DNA from: Candidatus Marsarchaeota archaeon
GTDB lineage: Archaea; Micrarchaeota; Micrarchaeia; Micrarchaeales; Micrarchaeaceae
Length of the DNA: 36,968 bases
Direction: 5' to 3'
NCBI GenBank assembly: GCA_023474155.1
Contig: JAMCYJ010000023.1
Coordinates: 1 to 36,968, forward strand
A program made the position numbers and the translations under genes. Below, piece by piece: positions 8,881 through 17,906 of this stretch (its first letter is position 1; every line of letters starts with the position of its first letter). A model generated the notes under the pieces. That model ran no database searches, was not told the DNA's origin, and saw nothing but the letters and a program-made list of their open reading frames with translations.

Positions 8881-9303
8881 ATGCAGGCAAAAGAACCAGA
8901 TAAAAAGACAATAATATGGGTCGGATCGTTTGTCAGGCGCAAAGATGGAAAATGCCTGTTTTTGAAAAGGGCAGGCAGGAGTTCGTGGGGCGCGGGCCAA
9001 TGGCAGCTTCCAGGCGGCAAGCTTGAATGGGGCGAAACTCCTGAAGAAACTCTAAAAAGAGAAATAAATGAGGAGACTAATTCAGGTATAAAAATCATGA
9101 AATTAATATACCCGCACACAGCGCAGATTGCAGCAAAAGGAATACGATATCATGTCATTGAATTGATATACGACTGCGTTTATTCAGGCAAAAAAATAAC
9201 ATTAAGCAAAGAGCATGATGATTATGCATGGCTTGACGCCAAAGAAAGTCTTAAACTAAATTTGACCCCAGAATTAAGAGAGTTAATAACTAAAATAATG
9301 TGA
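8881..9303 (+). CDS. NUDIX hydrolase
   Basis: Nudix box GKLEWGETPEETLKREINEET. 140 aa. Confidence 0.9.
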   Translation: MQAKEPDKKTIIWVGSFVRRKDGKCLFLKRAGRSSWGAGQWQLPGGKLEWGETPEETLKREINEETNSGIKIMKLIYPHTAQIAAKGIRYHVIELIYDCVYSGKKITLSKEHDDYAWLDAKESLKLNLTPELRELITKIM

Positions 9304-9306
9304 TCG

Positions 9307-9975
9307 TCATTCCTTATTTTTCCTATGCATGATATTAGGCAGTTCAGGAAGAGAATTTGGCCGTTTAGTGTTAATTTTATATTTTTTTCCGCTTATATCA
9401 AGATTACCATTAATCCAGTCATTTAAAGACTCTTGAAATAAAATTGCTGCTTGCTTATCCATGCCAAAATAGCTATATGCGCGTACAACATTTTTAGAGA
9501 CATAAAAATCCGCGCCTTCCCATGCGGAAACAAGTTCCTTTGGAAATTTTCCGCTTTTCAATGAAATATAAGCTTGGCTATCCTCATCGCCTCCCTGGCA
9601 GCAGTATTCTGTTTTTGCGCCTACATTGTTTAATTTTTTAATTGCCATAGCAATTTTTTCATCAACCTCAATAATCTTTTTGTCTATTTCTAGTTCAACT
9701 GTACCATGCCGTATATATCCTTTAAGGCCCTTCTGAAATTTCTTTCTAAACCTCTCATCAGCTAAAAATGCCCTTATGAAATTATGCATCCACTTATTGC
9801 TGAAGTCATTTACGCATAAGGAAAGGGAGTATGTTTTTTTATCCTGCTCTATTAAAAAGTATACTCCTCCTTTTTCAGGATCATCAAGGTCTCCTGTTGT
9901 AGTATAAACCTTTATGCTATAACTATTGCCTTCTTTGTCCTTTTTTATATTATCTAATATGTTTACAATACCCAT
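9307..9975 (-). CDS. Hypothetical protein (no recognised family)
   Basis: 222-aa ORF with an ATG start and ordinary composition. Contains a Cys pair in TEYCCQGGDEDSQAYISL. Lies in a low-GC segment downstream of the lyase gene. Confidence 0.6.
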   Translation of the reverse strand: MGIVNILDNIKKDKEGNSYSIKVYTTTGDLDDPEKGGVYFLIEQDKKTYSLSLCVNDFSNKWMHNFIRAFLADERFRKKFQKGLKGYIRHGTVELEIDKKIIEVDEKIAMAIKKLNNVGAKTEYCCQGGDEDSQAYISLKSGKFPKELVSAWEGADFYVSKNVVRAYSYFGMDKQAAILFQESLNDWINGNLDISGKKYKINTKRPNSLPELPNIMHRKNKE

Positions 9976-10069
9976 ATTATTGTTATGCGTAATCTCATAA
10001 TTATAACTTACTATACTGTATAAAATTTATTTTTATATTTATTGCTGCAGCTATAAACTCAACTCAGAC

Positions 10070-11485
10070 TCAGATCTGTGATTTTGGATCTAATAACTCT
10101 TTTAATTTTATAGGATCAAGTATCTTTAATTCTGTGCATACCTGCATTATGGTCTTATTTTCTTTATATGCAGTCATAACTATGTCGGATGCCTTATCAT
10201 AGCCTATATAAGGAGTTAATGAAGTTACTATTGATAGATTATTTTCAATATATTTATTAATTCTTTCAACATCAACCTTTAACTCTTTAATTGCATTTTT
10301 ACTAAAAATCTTGATGCTGTTTGATAAAATTCTTATCGAGAATAATAAATTATATGCTATAATTGGCATGTATACATTCAATTCAAGTTGCGCGCTCGAT
10401 ACTGCCTTTCTGATTATATAATTTGTGCCCTGGACCTGAAATAGAACCATATTCTGCATTTCAAGGTAAGATGGATTTATCTTGCCAGGCATTATCGATG
10501 ATCCCGGCTGGGCTGATTTTAAAATCAATTCATGAATTCCCGTTCTCGGGCCTGAAACTAGGATTACAAGGTCATTTATTATTTTGTTTAAGCCTATCGT
10601 AAAGCTGTTTATCGCATCACTTAGAATCATTTCCGCTATCCTATTTTGCGTATCCCTGAACCTGTTTTTGGAGAGCATGAATTTTTCATCTATTTTGAAT
10701 ATTTTTAATTCATTGTTTATTTGCTTTATTATATCCTGTCTATATTCCTCAGAGGCATTTAATCCAGTGCCTATTGCAGTGCCCCCTATGGGTATTTCAA
10801 GGAGATATCTCGCGGCATTCTCTATATTATCTATAAGAAAGGATATAGTTTCCGCATACCCTGAAAATTCCTGGCCAAGAGACATTGGGACAGCATCCTG
10901 TAAGTGCGTCCTGCCTATTTTTATTATGCTTGCAAAATCTTCTGCTTTATCGGATAATTCCTTTTCGAGCATCCGCAGCGCAGGAATAAGAAGCTTCTTT
11001 ATTTCAATAAATGTGCTTATCCTTATGACGCTCGGCACCGTGTCATTTGTCGACTGCGACATATTTACATGGTCATTTGGATGAATTAAACTAAAATTCC
11101 CCTTTTCGCTGCCAATGATTTCAAGCGCCCTATTCGCAACAACTTCATTTACATTCATATTTATATTTGTACCGGCCCCTGCCTGAAATATGTCTATTTT
11201 GAACTGATCAAGAAATTTGCCATCAATTATTTCGTCGCATGCAGCTACAATGGCGGCACCAATTTTTTTATCAAGCTTGCCTGCATTCATGTTTGAGATG
11301 GCTGCGCATTTTTTGACAAGAGCATAAACCTGCACGAATTCCCTCTGTATGTGTATCCCAGAAACCCTGTAGTTATTAAGTGCCCGTTCAGTTTCAACTC
11401 CATAATATACATCTGAAGGCACAATGATTTTGCCTATAATGTCTTTTTCGACAATCCCCTCATTCGGTTTTTTTGTGGTTTTCAT
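10070..11485 (-). CDS. Aspartate ammonia-lyase / class II fumarase family lyase
   Basis: Family signature GSSIMPGKINPS, plus QSTNDTVPS and N-terminal VPSDVYYGVETERALNNYRVSG. The motifs are mixed between aspartase and fumarase, so subfamily is not resolved. Start is either ATG 11485 or TTG 11497. Confidence 0.88.
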   Translation of the reverse strand: MKTTKKPNEGIVEKDIIGKIIVPSDVYYGVETERALNNYRVSGIHIQREFVQVYALVKKCAAISNMNAGKLDKKIGAAIVAACDEIIDGKFLDQFKIDIFQAGAGTNINMNVNEVVANRALEIIGSEKGNFSLIHPNDHVNMSQSTNDTVPSVIRISTFIEIKKLLIPALRMLEKELSDKAEDFASIIKIGRTHLQDAVPMSLGQEFSGYAETISFLIDNIENAARYLLEIPIGGTAIGTGLNASEEYRQDIIKQINNELKIFKIDEKFMLSKNRFRDTQNRIAEMILSDAINSFTIGLNKIINDLVILVSGPRTGIHELILKSAQPGSSIMPGKINPSYLEMQNMVLFQVQGTNYIIRKAVSSAQLELNVYMPIIAYNLLFSIRILSNSIKIFSKNAIKELKVDVERINKYIENNLSIVTSLTPYIGYDKASDIVMTAYKENKTIMQVCTELKILDPIKLKELLDPKSQI

Positions 11486-11567
11486 TCCCTCATCCAATTA
11501 TACATAAACATTAAATTTTATAAATATAATTAAATATTTACCACGCGGAATCAAATAATTATTTTAA

Positions 11568-11642
11568 GCTCTGATCGTCTAGTTCGGTCAAGGACACGGC
11601 CCTCTCACGGCCGTAACTCGGGTTCAAATCCCGATCAGAGCA
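11568..11642 (+). tRNA. tRNA-Glu (anticodon CTC)
   Basis: Hand-folded cloverleaf. Acceptor GCTCTGA/TCAGAGC. D stem GTCT/GGAC. Anticodon stem CGGCC/GGCCG with loop CTCTCAC. T arm TCGGG-TTCAAAT-CCCGA. Discriminator A. Confidence 0.9.
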
Positions 11643-11716
11643 TTTGGGAATATAGCAAACTCTTAATATTTTAATGTATAATGTATTAAAATATTATAAA
11701 AACTCAAAGGGTCAAT

Positions 11717-12490
11717 ATGAGCAAATTGCCGATAATAATAATCGCAGTTATAATAGTAATCATCATAGCAGTATTTGTAACAACCAAAAACACGCCATTA
11801 AGCTCCTTTTCTTCGAATACTCCTAAACAAACTACAACCACTTCGGCTTCGGCGCAAACAACTACTGCGGCGGCTAATGTGGTTGTGCCTGCTGCTTGCC
11901 CGAAAGTTGTAAATACCGCAGCGTATTCTCATGTGACAAATGGCGACAATTGCACGGGTTTCCTTTTAAACATCGGGAATTACAGTACATATGAGACATA
12001 TGGAAATACCTGCCCTGCAACTGTGAATATAGGCTTATACGCAGTTTATTATAATAACGCGACAGACTGTTTCCCTACGGTGAATTTAGACAAAGGCGCA
12101 GAGTATTTTAATTCCTCTAATATAACGCAAACAGGATTAAGCACAATAAGCATTACAGGTTTGAATGTCAAATACAATTATATCGGGCCGGCTACAAACA
12201 GCTCTGGCTATTCCTGTGGATTTTATAATTATTCTAATTATTACTCAATGGCTCTAACCTTGAGAGGAAACCAGCAGTTTATACTCCCTATTGATTTTTC
12301 ATCCCAAACTTGTGGGTATACTATCGGAAGCATAAAAGCGATCACTCCAGGATTTAAAGTGATATCAACAAATCCCTCGCTCCCGTTCGATATGCCTGGG
12401 CACGGCTCGCAATTACAGATACAAATAAATATATCTGTTGCAAACAATAATTATTCAGGCCCTTTGACATTGGTGATTAATGAAGCATGA
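11717..12490 (+). CDS. Membrane-anchored extracellular protein, probable glycoprotein (hypothetical)
   Basis: N-terminal TM helix LPIIIIAVIIVIIIAVFV, then a Thr/Ala-rich linker. Has eight or more N-x-S/T sequons (NCT, NYS, NAT, NSS, NIT, NIS...) and several Cys. Confidence 0.7.
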   Translation: MSKLPIIIIAVIIVIIIAVFVTTKNTPLSSFSSNTPKQTTTTSASAQTTTAAANVVVPAACPKVVNTAAYSHVTNGDNCTGFLLNIGNYSTYETYGNTCPATVNIGLYAVYYNNATDCFPTVNLDKGAEYFNSSNITQTGLSTISITGLNVKYNYIGPATNSSGYSCGFYNYSNYYSMALTLRGNQQFILPIDFSSQTCGYTIGSIKAITPGFKVISTNPSLPFDMPGHGSQLQIQINISVANNNYSGPLTLVINEA

Positions 12491-12549
12491 TTTTGTGCAT
12501 TAAATTTTAAATCTTATTAAAAAATTATTAAAAAATTAAGGATGATTTA

Positions 12550-12831
12550 TTGGAATACGTAAAGCAGGAAGAATTTAAAATTGCAAAAAATATCATTATA
12601 AACGAATTAAAAATTCTGATAGAATGCAATGAATTGCTGAAACAAACAGGCAATTCATCATTGCAAAGAATCGTATCGGAGATAAAAGAAAATAAAAAAG
12701 AATACATCCAAAGCCTGCTTAAGTTGGCAGAGCAGGCGGATATGCATTTCGATCCGGAAGAATTAAAATTAATAAGCGATATAAACGGCCTCTTTCCCAA
12801 AAAGCAAAACGAATTTACCCCTCTTTATTAA
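12550..12831 (+). CDS. Hypothetical small helical protein
   Basis: 93-aa ORF with a TTG start, preceded by aagga 8 nt upstream. Coiled-coil-like composition and no recognised motif. Confidence 0.45.
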   Translation: MEYVKQEEFKIAKNIIINELKILIECNELLKQTGNSSLQRIVSEIKENKKEYIQSLLKLAEQADMHFDPEELKLISDINGLFPKKQNEFTPLY

Positions 12832-12860
12832 TTACTGTATGTGCCAAGTAAGACGGTTAA

Positions 12861-15422
12861 ATGAACAGCAAAAATTCTGGTAAGTACAGATTAGGCGCGG
12901 GCGTTGTCCCTATCAACTACTCCTTGGCGTTTGAGCCGATTCCGAATTTCAAGTTCAAATGCGTTGAATCTATAAAAGTCGATGTGCGCGGACCGGCGGC
13001 AAATAAGATAATACTCAATGCATTCAAATTGGAAATTTCGTCAGCAGAAGTTGTTTCGAACAATATAAAATACCCTGCAAAAATAAAGTACGATGAAAAG
13101 TACGGCAGGATAATCCTGCAAACAAGCAAAAAAATCCGCGGCGCAGCGCAGATAAACATAGTATTCAACGGGGAAAATTCAGATGAACTTCGAGGATTTT
13201 ACAGAAGCAGATACTCCGCAGGCAAAAAAGAAAGCTACATCCTGACATCGCAATTCGAGCCAGACACGGCGCGCATGGCGTTCGTGTGTTTTGACCAGCC
13301 TGATCTGAAAGCGACGTTCGATGTTTCGTTCATAATAGACAAAGACCTAATGGCGATTTCCAATATGCCTGTAAAAAAAGAGAAAGTAGTAAATGGAAAA
13401 AAACATGTGGCGTTCATTACAACTCCAAAAATGAGCACGTATCTTCTTTATCTCGGAGTCGGCAGGTTCGATTTCATTGAAACGAAGTACAGAAACATAA
13501 AGATAAGGATTTTGGCAACTCCCGGCAAGAGAGAATTCCTCTATTTAGCAAGGGAATATATTATAAAAATCCTTCATTTCTATGAAAATTACTTCGGGCT
13601 TAGATATGCGCTTCCAAAGCTCGACCTCATTGCAGTCCCGGACTTTTCAGTCGGCGCGATGGAAAACTGGGGCGCAGTGGTTTTTAGGGAGACATCATTA
13701 CTCGGCAAGAAAGATTCGGCTATAGCGGTTAAGCAGAGGATAGCAGAAGTGATAGCCCATGAACTGGCGCACCAGTGGTTCGGAGATTTAGTTACAATGA
13801 AGTGGTGGGACGATTTATGGCTCAATGAAAGCTTTGCCGATTTCATGGAGACAAAGTGCCTTGACGAACTGTTTCCGGAGTGGGAGATAGGCAAGGAAAT
13901 AGTATTCAAGTTTACAACCGCATTCGGGGAAGACAGTTTTAAGGCCACGCACCCAGTGCACGTAAAGGTTAATTCATCAGAGCAGATAAATACGCTTTTT
14001 GATCCCGCAATCGCATATGCAAAAGGCGGAAGCATACTGACAATGATGGAGGACTTTGTCACAAAGCAGGTTTTTAGGGAAGGCATAAGAGAATACATGA
14101 AGAAATTTGCATATAAGAATGCGGTCGAGAGCGATTTGTGGGATTCCATAAGCAGCAGTTTCAGCAAAAGCGCCGCAGGCAAAAAGAATAAACATGACAT
14201 ATACAAAATCGCAAGTTACTGGCTCAACAACAAAGGCTACCCTATAGTGGCTGTTTCAAGGCATGGCGGAAAATTCGTACTTTCCCAAAAGCGGTTTTTC
14301 CTTGACGGTTCTGTTTCCGGAAATATCTGGCCTATTCCTATAGTATACGCAACAGAAAATGGCATTAACAGGATTATAATGGATAAAAAACAGATTGTTC
14401 TTGACGGCAGCAAATGGATAAAGCTCAATTACGGGCAAAAAAGCTATTTTAGGTCTTCGTACGATCAGGAGGATCTTGAATATCTCGGCGCGCTTTTAAA
14501 GCAGGGCAAGTTAGGCGATGTCGACGGATATGGAATCGTAAGCGATCTTGGGATTATGGCTAGGAGCGGCAAAATAAATGCGAATGTTTTTTTTAGCTTC
14601 ATTGAAAAATACTGCACAGATTTAACAGATAGATATCCTCTAAACGTGATGATTTTGTCATTGATGAATGCAATCTACAGTACGTCCTACAATTACCCCG
14701 ATACGGAGTTTTACAAGAAAGTAAAGACAGATTTCTACGGCATAAATAAAAATATGCTGGACAGGCTCGGTTTCCGCGAGTCGAAGAATGAAAGGCCTGT
14801 AATGGCGCAATTGAGGGCCCAGGTCATAAAGAACCTTGGGTGCATGAACGACAGCGTCGTCATCGGCAAGGCAAACAAGGCATTTTCAGACATCCTGCTA
14901 AATAAAAAAGTGAACGAGAACCTGAAAAGCGCGTATCTTTCGATTATCGCATTCAATGGCGACAGGCAGGCGTATAACAAGATACTAAGACTTTATAAGA
15001 CTACGCATGATCCTAATGACAAAATCAGGTTCTTGGGTGCGCTAAGCCTTTTTGCAGATCCTAAGCTGTTTCCGTCTGCCCTTGACTTCTTCTTTTCCGA
15101 TGACGTGAGGCTGCAGGATAAGATATATATCCCGGCCATTTCGGCTTCGAATCTGCTTTCGCGCGAAAACAAGGCGTATTATCTTTCATGGCTGAAGAAA
15201 AACTGGAAGGCGTTCATGAAACTATTCAATCCCCAGATAGGCAAGCTCGACACCATGATGTTCTCTGTATTTTTTGTTGATGATGCTGCGACAAGAGACT
15301 CGCTAAGAGTATTTTTTGACAGAAAAGACAACATGAGGGAGGACATAGTAAAAACGAAATACCAAGTGTTTGAAAAGATAGGCATGAATATAAGGTTCAG
15401 AAAGGCAAACAGGTTGGAATAA
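12861..15422 (+). CDS. M1-family zinc aminopeptidase (tricorn-interacting-factor F2/F3-like)
   Basis: 853 aa with the GAMENWG exopeptidase motif and the zinc site HELAHQWFG...WLNESFA. Confidence 0.93.
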   Translation: MNSKNSGKYRLGAGVVPINYSLAFEPIPNFKFKCVESIKVDVRGPAANKIILNAFKLEISSAEVVSNNIKYPAKIKYDEKYGRIILQTSKKIRGAAQINIVFNGENSDELRGFYRSRYSAGKKESYILTSQFEPDTARMAFVCFDQPDLKATFDVSFIIDKDLMAISNMPVKKEKVVNGKKHVAFITTPKMSTYLLYLGVGRFDFIETKYRNIKIRILATPGKREFLYLAREYIIKILHFYENYFGLRYALPKLDLIAVPDFSVGAMENWGAVVFRETSLLGKKDSAIAVKQRIAEVIAHELAHQWFGDLVTMKWWDDLWLNESFADFMETKCLDELFPEWEIGKEIVFKFTTAFGEDSFKATHPVHVKVNSSEQINTLFDPAIAYAKGGSILTMMEDFVTKQVFREGIREYMKKFAYKNAVESDLWDSISSSFSKSAAGKKNKHDIYKIASYWLNNKGYPIVAVSRHGGKFVLSQKRFFLDGSVSGNIWPIPIVYATENGINRIIMDKKQIVLDGSKWIKLNYGQKSYFRSSYDQEDLEYLGALLKQGKLGDVDGYGIVSDLGIMARSGKINANVFFSFIEKYCTDLTDRYPLNVMILSLMNAIYSTSYNYPDTEFYKKVKTDFYGINKNMLDRLGFRESKNERPVMAQLRAQVIKNLGCMNDSVVIGKANKAFSDILLNKKVNENLKSAYLSIIAFNGDRQAYNKILRLYKTTHDPNDKIRFLGALSLFADPKLFPSALDFFFSDDVRLQDKIYIPAISASNLLSRENKAYYLSWLKKNWKAFMKLFNPQIGKLDTMMFSVFFVDDAATRDSLRVFFDRKDNMREDIVKTKYQVFEKIGMNIRFRKANRLE

Positions 15423-15529
15423 ATACACAGGGTGCGGCCGTATGCCGGTATCCTATGTTTTTGCCGTATATGCGGCAATTAAACAAAAAATTAAAATATT
15501 ATTAGTGCTATAATATATTGGCGACAAGC

Positions 15530-16273
15530 ATGAGGCAGGCAATGGTTGAGAAGGCAATGCAGGGCAGCGCAAACGCAGGAAGTTACGAAGCAGGAAATAT
15601 AAATCTCAGCGATGCCGACGGAATCCAGGAGTTCGTGAAAAACGCGACATGGCGCGACATACTGCTCAGCCTAGTCGAAACCAATAAGCTCAATGTTTGG
15701 GATATAGACGTCGGCAGGATAATCCATTCCTATCTTGATTTCATAAAAAAACTTAAGCTGCTCGACCTCTATGTGCCGGCAAACATAATATTTGCAGCAT
15801 CCATAATGATAAGGCTGAAGAGCAGCACTATTTCATTTGAACAAATAGGCCAGGCTGCGCTTGATGCCGAGCAGGATGCAGGCATGCAGAGAATCCTGCC
15901 TGAAATCGGCGAGATTTATCCGAGGATGAGGCTGCAGCCAAACAAGAGGATAACACTTGACGACCTTTTAGGCGCGCTCAACGAGGCGATGGCGATCGAA
16001 AAAAGGCATGCCGAAAGGCCGCAGACGGAAAGGGTTCCGATAAACATAGTGTTCGACATAGGAATAGACGAAAGGATAAAGACAATATTTGACCTGATAG
16101 AGAGGAACATAGATTCAGAAAAAATGGCGAGCTTCCTGGTGCTGAAGTCCCAGTTCGGCGAGGACCCTCTACTGAACCTTTTCATCCCCCTCCTTTACCT
16201 GATGCAGAAGAATAAAATCCTGCTTTACCAGGACTTGTTTTTCGGGGACATCCTGATAAAGCTGAATAATTAG
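15530..16273 (+). CDS. scpA: Segregation and condensation protein A (kleisin)
   Basis: WDIDVGRIIHSYLDFIKKL... has a ScpA-like N-terminal pattern. Size is about 250 aa and it sits immediately upstream of scpB. Start is either ATG 15530 or TTG 15518. Confidence 0.75.
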   Translation: MRQAMVEKAMQGSANAGSYEAGNINLSDADGIQEFVKNATWRDILLSLVETNKLNVWDIDVGRIIHSYLDFIKKLKLLDLYVPANIIFAASIMIRLKSSTISFEQIGQAALDAEQDAGMQRILPEIGEIYPRMRLQPNKRITLDDLLGALNEAMAIEKRHAERPQTERVPINIVFDIGIDERIKTIFDLIERNIDSEKMASFLVLKSQFGEDPLLNLFIPLLYLMQKNKILLYQDLFFGDILIKLNN

Positions 16274-16280
16274 TGGTTGG

Positions 16281-16754
16281 ATGGCGGTGCAGGAAGGCGC
16301 GGATTACAAGAAGGAAATAGAGGCTGCCATGTTTGTTTCGAACAAGGCCATGTCCGTGCAGGAGATAGGCGAATCTCTCGGCATAAAGTCATTTTCATCG
16401 GTAAAGAGTATCATTTCCGCTCTTATTGAGGACTATAAGGCCAGGGACTCTGCCCTCGAGATCATCGAGATAAACGGGAAATACCTCCTTACAGTAAGGA
16501 AGGAATACCTTGCCAAAGTCAACAGGCTGGCAGGAACCCCCGACATCTCAAAGCCGGGGCTTAGGATACTCGCGTATATAAGCAAGAACGAGCCCGTAAT
16601 GCAGAGCAGGCTGGTAAAAATTTTCGGCACATCCGCCTATATGTACATAAAGGAGCTGCTGGAAAGCGAATTCATATCGTCTACAAGATTCAAGACTACG
16701 AAGAGCATAAAGACCGCGCCTAAATTCGCTGAATATTTCAGCCTCAATAAATGA
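16281..16754 (+). CDS. scpB: Segregation and condensation protein B
   Basis: EAAMFVSNKAMSVQEIGESLG and LRILAYISKNEPVMQSRLVKIFG match the tandem winged-helix ScpB pattern. 157 aa. Confidence 0.78.
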   Translation: MAVQEGADYKKEIEAAMFVSNKAMSVQEIGESLGIKSFSSVKSIISALIEDYKARDSALEIIEINGKYLLTVRKEYLAKVNRLAGTPDISKPGLRILAYISKNEPVMQSRLVKIFGTSAYMYIKELLESEFISSTRFKTTKSIKTAPKFAEYFSLNK

Positions 16755-16807
16755 CAATCTTTAATTATATTCGTGCTGATTAATTACAGGATTAATAAGT
16801 TGGTATT

Positions 16808-17857
16808 ATGGTTGAAATTACGAGCCAGGATGACGAGGAGCTGCTCAAGTTCATTGAAAATTCAAAGCCCAAAATATATGTTATAGGAACAGGAGGCAGC
16901 GGAAGCAATACGATAAGCAGGCTTTTCAACATAGGCGTGCAGGGATGCGATTTGGTATCCATGAACACCGATGCCGCGCATCTTGTAAAGACGAAAGCGG
17001 ACAGAAAACTTCTTCTAGGCAAAAAACTAACAAGGGGCCTCGGCGCAGGAAGCGACCTCAAGATCGGCGCGGAGGCGGCAAAGGAATCCAAGGACGAGAT
17101 AAAGCACCTTATAAACGACGCGCAGCTTGTTTTCGTGACATGCGGGCTCGGCGGAGGGACAGGCACAGGCTCGGTTTCCGTCATAGCGCACGAGGCAAAG
17201 GAGCTCGGAGCGCTGACAATAGGGATTGTGACCCTTCCTTTTTCAAGCGAAGGCGCGACGAGGATGAAAAACGCGCTCGAAGGGCTCAACAGGCTGAAAA
17301 GGGAGGTGGATACGCTTATCGTGATAAGAAACGACAAGCTTCTTTCAATCGCATCAGACCTTCCGTTAAACATGGCATTCAGGGTATCCGACGAGGTTCT
17401 CGCAAGCGCGACAAAGGGCATTGTTGAAATGGTTACGAAGCCAGGAATGGTAAACATAGATTTTGCAGATCTTACTGCGACGCTTAGGGACGCGGGCTAT
17501 GGAGTTATAGGAAACGGCGAGGGCCTTGCGACTTCAAGAGACGCGGATCATGCCCGCATCGCGCTTGAGAACGCGATAAAAAGCCCGCTGCTTGACGTCG
17601 ACCTGTCAAACGCGAAGAAAGCATTGGTCAATATTGTCGGGGGGGAAAACCTGACGCTGAGGCAGGCCGAAGCAGTATTCAAGGACATTTCAGCAAGGAT
17701 AGACCCTACTGCATTGCTCAAGTGGGGCGCGAGAATCGAGCCCGACATGCAGAAAGACCTTATTCGCGTGATGATTGTCGTGAGCGGCGTGGATTTTCCA
17801 GACTACGGCCAGCAGATAGAGCCGAATGAGGAAATAGACCTCGACGAATTAATGTAA
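16808..17857 (+). CDS. ftsZ: Cell division GTPase FtsZ
   Basis: GTGGSGSNTISRL, NTDAAHL, and the tubulin signature GLGGGTGTGSVSVIA. 349 aa. Confidence 0.95.
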   Translation: MVEITSQDDEELLKFIENSKPKIYVIGTGGSGSNTISRLFNIGVQGCDLVSMNTDAAHLVKTKADRKLLLGKKLTRGLGAGSDLKIGAEAAKESKDEIKHLINDAQLVFVTCGLGGGTGTGSVSVIAHEAKELGALTIGIVTLPFSSEGATRMKNALEGLNRLKREVDTLIVIRNDKLLSIASDLPLNMAFRVSDEVLASATKGIVEMVTKPGMVNIDFADLTATLRDAGYGVIGNGEGLATSRDADHARIALENAIKSPLLDVDLSNAKKALVNIVGGENLTLRQAEAVFKDISARIDPTALLKWGARIEPDMQKDLIRVMIVVSGVDFPDYGQQIEPNEEIDLDELM

Positions 17858-17906
17858 GCGGCCGCGGAAATTTGAGTTCTGTTCAACATGCAATTTTGAT
17901 TAGCAT

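Noticed and set aside
16792-17457. A 221-aa minus-strand ORF and a 160-aa Arg-rich plus-strand alternate-frame ORF (16945-17427) overlapping ftsZ
   Set aside because: FtsZ motifs unambiguously define the coding frame. The overlapping ORFs are low-complexity (poly-Ser/Pro or poly-Arg), which is the usual by-product of the GC-rich Gly/Ala-coding frame.
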